Positions 8,078 through 13,718 of a DNA stretch of 13,718 nucleotides are shown one piece after another. Position 1 is the stretch's first letter. The number at the start of each line of letters is the position of its first letter. Origin of the DNA: a bacterium. Its GTDB lineage: Bacteria; UBA10199; 2-02-FULL-44-16; DYJF01. Position numbers and translations under genes: made by a program. The notes under the pieces were generated by a model. That model saw nothing but the letters and a program-made list of their open reading frames with translations. It ran no database searches and had not been told where the DNA came from. The stretch lies in assembly GCA_041739675.1 (NCBI GenBank), contig JBGSNL010000085.1, positions 1 through 13,718 of the forward strand, written 5' to 3'.

Positions 8078-8176
8078 CTATCTTCTTTTTTTCCTCTTCA
8101 CTCTTTTTACTTTCTTTGCTCTCTTCTTCGTCTTCTTTACTTTCTTCACCTTCTTCACTTTTCTCTTCTTCGGCAT
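8078..8176 (-). CDS. 32-aa Lys/Arg-rich micropeptide (protamine/histone H1-like or leader peptide): MPKKRKVKKVKKVKKTKKRAKKVKRVKRKKRR
   Basis: ATG 8176 to TAG 8078. Shine-Dalgarno AAGGAGG at 8182-8188 with 5-nt spacing, its own sigma70 promoter upstream and a terminator 22 nt downstream. 17 K + 6 R of 32 residues, none acidic. Confidence 0.85.
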   Translation of the reverse strand: MPKKRKVKKVKKVKKTKKRAKKVKRVKRKKRR

Positions 8177-8222
8177 CTCGTCCTCCTTTTATAAAAAGGT
8201 TTGTTATTTCGTAACTGATTGA

Positions 8223-8251
8223 ATTTTACGCAATTATGCCATCATAGTCAA
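8223..8251 (-). promoter_or_regulatory. sigma70-type promoter for the micropeptide gene
   Basis: -35 TTGACT (8251-8246), 17-nt spacer, -10 TAAAAT (8228-8223), preceded by a very AT-rich UP-element-like tract (8252-8295). Confidence 0.8.
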
Positions 8252-8296
8252 ATTATTTTTATAAAATTTTACTAAATTATGTAAAAATATTTCAAC

Positions 8297-9220
8297 TTAG
8301 AGAGTGACCGGTTGGGAGATAGGCAGACAAGTTTTCGCGCGATGAGCTCTCACGTGAGAGAAGACCGCGACAAAAACTCCCGCGAGAAGAAATGCGCCGC
8401 CCGCAAATGCGCGGCTGCCCATCGTTTCCCCAAGCGTGACAACGGCGATGACGGGACCGACAATGGGCTGAACAAAAATTGTGTAGCACATCACGTTGAC
8501 GGGAAGCTTTCTCATCGTCTTGATCCACAGAACGTAACCGACGACAGTGCACGGGATCGAAAGATAGAGTATCGCAGCTATCTCGGTCGAAGTTTTGGGG
8601 AAGGCGAACTCTCCCGACAGCGCAAGCGGAACCGCGGTGATGAGATCTGTGACGATGAGAGCGCCGGCGATGGCGACAGCCGCCGATGTCTTGTCGGCAA
8701 GGGGTTTGGCGACGATCGAAAACGAGGATTCGCAGAAAAGCCCCACGACTATGAGCATGTTGCCGAACGCCACCGAGGCGCCGAAAAGCTGGTCGATCGT
8801 AGAAAACGACACGCGGGAGAGGATGACAAGCCCCGTGAACGACAAGAGGAGCCCGACACCCATCACCGGCCTGAAGCGCTCCTTGAGAACTATTGAAGCG
8901 AGCGCGATGGCCCAGATCGGCTCAAAGGTGTAGAGAAGCGCCGCATCGGAGGCGTTTGTGTATTTGAGCCCCGTCACCCAGAGTATGTGTGAAATTGCGG
9001 TCATGGTGCCCAACGCGGCGACCCGGACGAGAACTCTTTTCGGCAGCTTGAAGGGAATACGTTTCACAAAGACCCAGACGCACAGGATAATCGCAGAGAC
9101 TCCCATCCGCCAAAAAATGAGGGCCAGGGGCGGCATCGTCTCGAGGCCGATCTTCACGGCAACGTAGGAGCCGGACCAGACGACGTTCATGAGGATGAGG
9201 ATGATGAAGGGCTTGAGCAT
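8297..9220 (-). CDS. EamA/DMT family transporter
   Basis: 307 aa, about 10 hydrophobic segments in two repeats, with WSGSYVAVKIGL, GLKYTNASDAALLYTFEPIW, LKER and QPIVGPVIAVVTLGE signatures. Confidence 0.92.
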   Translation of the reverse strand: MLKPFIILILMNVVWSGSYVAVKIGLETMPPLALIFWRMGVSAIILCVWVFVKRIPFKLPKRVLVRVAALGTMTAISHILWVTGLKYTNASDAALLYTFEPIWAIALASIVLKERFRPVMGVGLLLSFTGLVILSRVSFSTIDQLFGASVAFGNMLIVVGLFCESSFSIVAKPLADKTSAAVAIAGALIVTDLITAVPLALSGEFAFPKTSTEIAAILYLSIPCTVVGYVLWIKTMRKLPVNVMCYTIFVQPIVGPVIAVVTLGETMGSRAFAGGAFLLAGVFVAVFSHVRAHRAKTCLPISQPVTL

Positions 9221-9225
9221 AGTTG

Positions 9226-9253
9226 GTGATCAGTGAACAGTGATCAGCGATCA
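9226..9253. repeat. Four tandem degenerate heptamers (GTGATCA GTGAACA GTGATCA GCGATCA)
   Basis: Read directly from sequence. Spans the larB stop codon and most of the larB-EamA spacer. Confidence 0.7.
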
Positions 9254-9996
9254 GCTTTGCCTATTCTGCGGAGTATTCTTATGGCGGCGCAGGCGGCGCC
9301 GAAGCCGTTGTCGATGTTGACCACGCTTATCCCCTCCGAGCAGCTGGAGAGCATGGCCAGAAGTGCGGTGAAGCCTTTAAGGTTGGCCCCGTAGCCTACG
9401 CTTGTGGGACAAGCGACTATGGGCGACGAGATGAGGCCTCCCACCACGCTGGGGAGAGCCCCTTCCATCCCCGCGGCGACGACCGCGCAGTCGGCCTGCC
9501 TTAAATCCTCCAGGCAGGAGACAAGACGATGAAGGCCCGCGACACCGACGTCGTAGAATTTCTGCGCCTCAAAACCGAAATACGAAGCGGTCCTTCTGGC
9601 CTCTTCGGCAACAAAAAGATCGGCGGTGCCGGCGCAGACGATCGCAAGACGCCCCGGCATCGGTTTGATCTCGCGGCTTATGATGGAAAATGTCCTGCTC
9701 ACGGGATCGTAATCAGCCTTGGGTATGGCCCTTCCGATCTCCTCTGACGCCCTTGTTCCGAAAACGTTGATGCCGCGCCTCACCAGCGAATCGACGATGG
9801 TCAGGAGATGGCCTTTGTCCTTGCCCTCGCAGAGTATCACTTCCGAAAATTCGTTTCGGAGCGCGCGGTGTCCGTCGTGCTTGCCCACACCCATGTCGGC
9901 GTACGGGATGTGGCGAAGTTTTTCAAGGGCATCGCCCGACTTCAGAGAGCCCTTCTCAACCTCTTCCAAAATTTGTCTTATCGTTTCTATGTCCAT
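9244..9996 (-). CDS. larB: Nickel pincer cofactor biosynthesis protein LarB (PurE/NCAIR mutase-like)
   Basis: EVILCEGK, CAGTADLFVAEEA, DVGVAGLHRL, AGMEGALPSVVGGL, PTSVGYGA, AMLSSCSEGISVVNIDNGFGAA. Start ATG 9996 (MDIETIRQILEEV) preferred over TTG 10029. Confidence 0.93.
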   Translation of the reverse strand: MDIETIRQILEEVEKGSLKSGDALEKLRHIPYADMGVGKHDGHRALRNEFSEVILCEGKDKGHLLTIVDSLVRRGINVFGTRASEEIGRAIPKADYDPVSRTFSIISREIKPMPGRLAIVCAGTADLFVAEEARRTASYFGFEAQKFYDVGVAGLHRLVSCLEDLRQADCAVVAAGMEGALPSVVGGLISSPIVACPTSVGYGANLKGFTALLAMLSSCSEGISVVNIDNGFGAACAAIRILRRIGKADR

Positions 9997-10723
9997 GACT
10001 TTGTGTTTTTCCGGCCAGGGCTTTTTCAAGATTGAAAATTTCCTTCTGGCTCAAAAACCTCCACTCGCCCGCCTTCATCTCGCCTAACCTTATGGGGCCT
10101 ATCGAAACCCGTTTCAGCTTGAGCACCGGATGGCCCACCGCCTCACACATCCTTCTGATCTGGCGGTATTTCCCCTCGCGGATCCCCACCTGAAGCCAGG
10201 TGTTGCTTTCGGCGACTCTCACCACCTTTATCTCGGCCGGGAGAGTTTTTCCCTCTTCAAGCTTGATCCCGCTTTTCAACTTTTCAATCGTCTCGGATGT
10301 CGGCTCACCCTTCACTTTCGCGACATATACTTTCAAAATTTCATGACGCGGATGCGTGAGCGAATTGAGCATCTCGCCGTCGTTCGTCAACAAGATGAGG
10401 CCCTCCGATTCGTAATCGAGCCTACCTACGGAGTTGACCTTCTCTTTCCAGTTATCAAGATAATCCCAGATGGTTTTTCTTCCTTCGGGATCTTTTTTCG
10501 TCACGACGATGCGCCGGGGTTTGTAAAACGCAAGATACAGGAACCGCTCCGGAGCCTTGACTGGCTTTCCCTTGAGACAAACCTTGTCAATTGCCGGGTC
10601 GACGGTGGTGCCCATGACCTTAGCCACGGCGCCGTTTACCGTCACCTCACCCCTGGTCATGGCCTCTTCCGCCGCGCGTCTTGAAAGGTCAGTCGCCAGC
10701 GCTATCAGCTTTTGGAGGCGCAT
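9956..10723 (-). CDS. rluB: rRNA pseudouridine synthase, RsuA/RluB family
   Basis: S4 domain MRLQKLIA...SRRAAEE...GEVTVNG, catalytic VGRLDYESEGLILLTNDG, LTHPRH and EGKYRQIRRM. Position after scpB is typical of rluB. Alternative start at 10807. Confidence 0.9.
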   Translation of the reverse strand: MRLQKLIALATDLSRRAAEEAMTRGEVTVNGAVAKVMGTTVDPAIDKVCLKGKPVKAPERFLYLAFYKPRRIVVTKKDPEGRKTIWDYLDNWKEKVNSVGRLDYESEGLILLTNDGEMLNSLTHPRHEILKVYVAKVKGEPTSETIEKLKSGIKLEEGKTLPAEIKVVRVAESNTWLQVGIREGKYRQIRRMCEAVGHPVLKLKRVSIGPIRLGEMKAGEWRFLSQKEIFNLEKALAGKTQSHGHRNDKTNFGRG

Positions 10724-11582
10724 CCTTCCCAGTTGCACCTTCTTCGGTGGGTGACCCTGCGGGCGAGCCTTCTGAAAGGGCCGCTTGTGCTTGAATGTCC
10801 GCTGCATTTTGCTCTTCCGCCTGAGGCGGTTTCGGGAATATATCCCTCTCAAGACGCCTCAAATCCTTGAGACCCTTTTCAAGACGAACAAGGGCTTCGT
10901 CTTCCTCTTCGTCTTCATCTTCACGCTTTATGACTTCGGTCTCTTCATCTTCGTCGTCTTCGTCATCGTTTTCCACGATTTCCGTCGGCTCTTCGTCATC
11001 GCTCTTCACGATTATGAGCGGCGTCTGACTTTCGGTCTCTACCTTTTGTCTTACCAGATCCTCTATGTCGGCCAAGGTCGGGAGCTCGTGCAGATTTTTC
11101 AGATTGAACGTCTCCAAAAATTCGCGCGTCGTTCCGTAGATGAGGGGCTGGCCCGCCTCGTCTCTCCGCCCGATGATGCGGATGAGATTTCTTTCAAGCA
11201 GAGTTTTCAGGACCGCGCCGACGTCCACACCCCTGATCTGCTCGATCTCGGAACGCACGAGCGGCTGGCGGTAGGCGACGATAGCGAGAGTTTCAAGCGC
11301 CGGCTGGGAGAGCCTCATGGGTTTGGGAACGTTGAGTTTCTGGATCCAGCACGCGTTCGACTCTTTCGTGCGGAACTGGTAGCCGCCGGCGATCTCAGCG
11401 AGTTTGAGCCCGCGCGCGGCGTTGTCGTTTAAATCGCTTCTTATCGAATCTATCGCGGCCGAAAGTTCTGCCTGAGTGACGCCGGCCTCCGCCAAGACCT
11501 CAAGCAGCTGGCGGTCGGTGATCGGCTCATCCGCGACAAAGATAAGCGACTCGATTATCGATTTGATTTCCTGAACTTCCAT
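10689..11582 (-). CDS. scpB: SMC-Scp complex subunit ScpB with acidic C-terminal extension
   Basis: IESLIFVADEP, IAGGYQFRT, LSQPALETLAIVAYRQP, IEQIRGVD, YGTTREFLETFNL...ELP. TGATG coupling to scpA with GGAGG upstream. Confidence 0.96.
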   Translation of the reverse strand: MEVQEIKSIIESLIFVADEPITDRQLLEVLAEAGVTQAELSAAIDSIRSDLNDNAARGLKLAEIAGGYQFRTKESNACWIQKLNVPKPMRLSQPALETLAIVAYRQPLVRSEIEQIRGVDVGAVLKTLLERNLIRIIGRRDEAGQPLIYGTTREFLETFNLKNLHELPTLADIEDLVRQKVETESQTPLIIVKSDDEEPTEIVENDDEDDEDEETEVIKREDEDEEEDEALVRLEKGLKDLRRLERDIFPKPPQAEEQNAADIQAQAALSEGSPAGSPTEEGATGKDAPPKADSAGD

Positions 11583-12412
11583 CACGCCTCCCCGCCCGCC
11601 GGAGTTTCAGTGGCGGGCTTGACGTCCGGACCCTTTGCAGGATCCAGATCCGTTTTCACAAGTCTTAGGACATCCTCTTGGCGCACCTCTTCCATTATCC
11701 CCTTGAGCACAAGCTGGCCGCCCTTTTCGGACTGATAAAGGCGGATCATCTTGAGGCGCGCCATCTCAAGCAGCGCCAGAAACGTGACGACAACGCCGTG
11801 GCGCATGATCGGTTTCTCAAAAAGCTCTTCGATCCGCACCGTAACATCCTTTTTGATTCTCTCCACAAGCTGCATGATGCGTTCGTTGACGCTGATGCGG
11901 TCGACCGCCACGTCGTGGTAGCGATCCTTCGGAAGCTTTATGAGTATGCGCGCAAAGGCGTCGACCAGCTCGTAGACGTCCGCCTCTATAAGCCCCTCCA
12001 CCGGGAGGCTGCCTTCGACATCTCCTCTCTTCGTATTCAAAGGCACGAACACGTCGCGGTAAAGCTGCGAGCGGCCGGCAAGGCTTGCCGCCGCATCTTT
12101 GTAGCGCTGATATTCCAGAAGGCGCCTGACCAGATCTTCCCTGGGATCACCCTCTTCCTCATCCTCTTTGACCCCCTCTTCGGGCAGGAGCATTTTTGAT
12201 TTGATGTAGGCAAGCTCTGCGGCCATAAGAAGAAACTCGCCGGCGACGTCGATATTCATCTCCTTGAGCGAATCAAGATATCTTACATACTCCTCAAGGA
12301 TGAAGGCGATGGGTATGTCTGTGATCGCAAGATCGTTCTTCTTGATCAGATACAAGAGAAGATCCAGCGGCCCCTCGAACGCCTCCACGTTTATGCGGTA
12401 ATCGTCATTCAT
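11582..12412 (-). CDS. scpA: Segregation and condensation protein ScpA (kleisin)
   Basis: FEGPLDLLLYLIKK, EFLLMAAELAYIKSKMLLP, DPREDLVRRLLEYQRYK, VVTFLALLEMAR. Confidence 0.97.
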   Translation of the reverse strand: MNDDYRINVEAFEGPLDLLLYLIKKNDLAITDIPIAFILEEYVRYLDSLKEMNIDVAGEFLLMAAELAYIKSKMLLPEEGVKEDEEEGDPREDLVRRLLEYQRYKDAAASLAGRSQLYRDVFVPLNTKRGDVEGSLPVEGLIEADVYELVDAFARILIKLPKDRYHDVAVDRISVNERIMQLVERIKKDVTVRIEELFEKPIMRHGVVVTFLALLEMARLKMIRLYQSEKGGQLVLKGIMEEVRQEDVLRLVKTDLDPAKGPDVKPATETPAGGEA

Positions 12413-13397
12413 AGATCAGCCCCATGGCCTCGCGCACGCGGACCATATTTTTTTCCGCTTCCGCGCGAGCCTTTTTCGAATCCTCTTCGACGATCTTCAA
12501 AATTTCCTTCGGTTTCGAAACGAGTTCGGATCGCTTTTCCCTGAACGGCTTCCAGTATTCGATTGCGTATTTGATGCAAAGCTTTTTGCAATCCACGCAG
12601 CCGATCTTCGCGGCGCGGCACTCGCCGTCAATTCTTTTCACTTCATCATTCGTCGCGAAGAGCTTGTGATACGCATGGATGTTGCACACCTCCGGATGGC
12701 CGGGATCGGTTTTGAATTTACGCGCCGGATCGGTGATCGTCTGCATCATCTTTTCGGTGATCGTCTTTTCATCATCGGCCAGATAGATCGCGTTGCCAAA
12801 GCTCTTGCTCATCTTGCGGCCGTCCGTTCCCGGAATCTTGGGAGTCTTGGTGAGAAGAGGCTGCGGCTCGGCGAATATCTCCTTCTTCATTATAAAGTGG
12901 AACCTTCTCACTATTTCGCGCGCGAACTCAAGATGGGCCACCTGATCCTCGCCCACGGGAACCTTTGCCGCGTTGTATATAATGATGTCGGCGGTTTGCA
13001 GAAGCGGATAGCCCAGAAAGCCGTAAGTGGAAAGATCGCGGTCGGAGAGCTGCAGCTGCATATCTTTATATGAAGGAACGCGCTCCAGCCAGCCCAGAGG
13101 CGCTATCATTGAAAGAAGAAGATGGAGCTCTGCATGCTCGGGTACGTGAGATTGTATGAAGGTCGTGGATTTTTTCGGATCGATGCCGGCAGCCAGAAGA
13201 TCGGCGAGCACTTCGATTGTAGAGGGCGCGATAATGCCCACATTCGCGTATTCGCTCGTGAGCGCGTGCCAGTCGGCGATGAAATAGAAACAATCGTAAT
13301 CCTTTTGAAGCTCCACCCAGTTCTGCATGACGCCGAAAAAGTGGCCCCAGTGGAGCTTGCCAGTCGGTCTGATTCCTGAAACGACTCTTTGTTTCAT
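12405..13397 (-). CDS. trpS: Tryptophan--tRNA ligase
   Basis: SGIRPTGKLHWGH (HIGH variant), ADWHALT, YPLLQTADI, VPVGEDQ, GTDGRKMSKS. Four-Cys motif near the C-terminus. Confidence 0.98.
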   Translation of the reverse strand: MKQRVVSGIRPTGKLHWGHFFGVMQNWVELQKDYDCFYFIADWHALTSEYANVGIIAPSTIEVLADLLAAGIDPKKSTTFIQSHVPEHAELHLLLSMIAPLGWLERVPSYKDMQLQLSDRDLSTYGFLGYPLLQTADIIIYNAAKVPVGEDQVAHLEFAREIVRRFHFIMKKEIFAEPQPLLTKTPKIPGTDGRKMSKSFGNAIYLADDEKTITEKMMQTITDPARKFKTDPGHPEVCNIHAYHKLFATNDEVKRIDGECRAAKIGCVDCKKLCIKYAIEYWKPFREKRSELVSKPKEILKIVEEDSKKARAEAEKNMVRVREAMGLIYE

Positions 13398-13401
13398 ATC
13401 C

Positions 13402-13718
13402 TCACCATGACAAGAGATAGTTCGCCAAAAACATCACGGGAACGAAAAGATATTTTAGCATCCCGCTTGCAAATAACAACAGCAAGATGATGAGCCCGTA
13501 GCGCGAAATGCGGTCGAACGCATCCAGACTCGCTTCCGGCAGAAGACCCCGGAGCACCGTTCCGCCGTCAAGCGGAGGCATCGGCAACAGATTGAAAAAG
13601 CCCAGCATCAGGTTCAGAATCACTCCCATCTGGAAGATGGTCATGAGCCCGCCCAAAGCCGTGGCGCTGAATGTACCCGGTTGAAGCATCGTTCCCGGTG
13701 CGCTGGGGAGCAAATAAA
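13402..13718 (-). CDS. Site-2 protease (M50) family membrane metalloprotease, 5'-truncated
   Basis: NLMLGFFNLLPMPPLDGG motif and hydrophobic C-terminus. The frame is open to the window edge. The HEXXH motif would lie outside the window. Confidence 0.9.
   Translation of the reverse strand, partial: YLLPSAPGTMLQPGTFSATALGGLMTIFQMGVILNLMLGFFNLLPMPPLDGGTVLRGLLPEASLDAFDRISRYGLIILLLLFASGMLKYLFVPVMFLANYLLSW

Noticed and set aside
8078..8176. Purine-rich short-period repeats as a microsatellite or CRISPR-like array
   Set aside because: Explained by Lys/Arg/Val codons. There is no repeat-spacer structure.
7959..8222. 87-aa Phe-rich plus-strand ORF resembling a membrane peptide
   Set aside because: Antisense of the Lys-rich micropeptide. 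The promoter, SD and terminator are all oriented on the minus strand.
8218..8234. ARG-box-like sequence TGAAT-TTT-ACGCA over the -10 element
   Set aside because: Half-site spacing is 3 nt rather than the 4 nt of ArgR boxes, and there is no tandem second box.

Overview
Bacterial chromosomal window, almost all minus-strand housekeeping genes. In transcription order: a 5'-truncated site-2 (M50) protease, trpS, scpA, scpB, an rluB-like pseudouridine synthase, larB and an EamA/DMT transporter. Next is an AT-rich intergenic region with a near-consensus sigma70 promoter driving a 32-aa ultra-basic peptide gene that the ORF track misses (MPKKRKVKKVKKVKKTKKRAKKVKRVKRKKRR), then an intrinsic terminator and a structured spacer. 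Then come a pyruvoyl-dependent arginine decarboxylase, agmatinase and two exported M16 peptidase subunits. A 3'-truncated argS (also missed by the ORF track) fills 1-1521. The only plus-strand gene is an unrecognised ~667-aa orphan between argS and the M16 pair, preceded by a sigma28-like promoter and ending in an Ala/Arg-rich tail. The most interesting elements are (1) the Lys/Arg micropeptide plus terminator in front of the arginine-to-putrescine genes (protamine-like nucleoid peptide or regulatory leader) and (2) the orphan, possibly secreted protein. The gene order and an Fe-S-type TrpRS suggest an anaerobe, perhaps deltaproteobacteria-like (inference only). No rRNA, tRNA, CRISPR or mobile element was seen.
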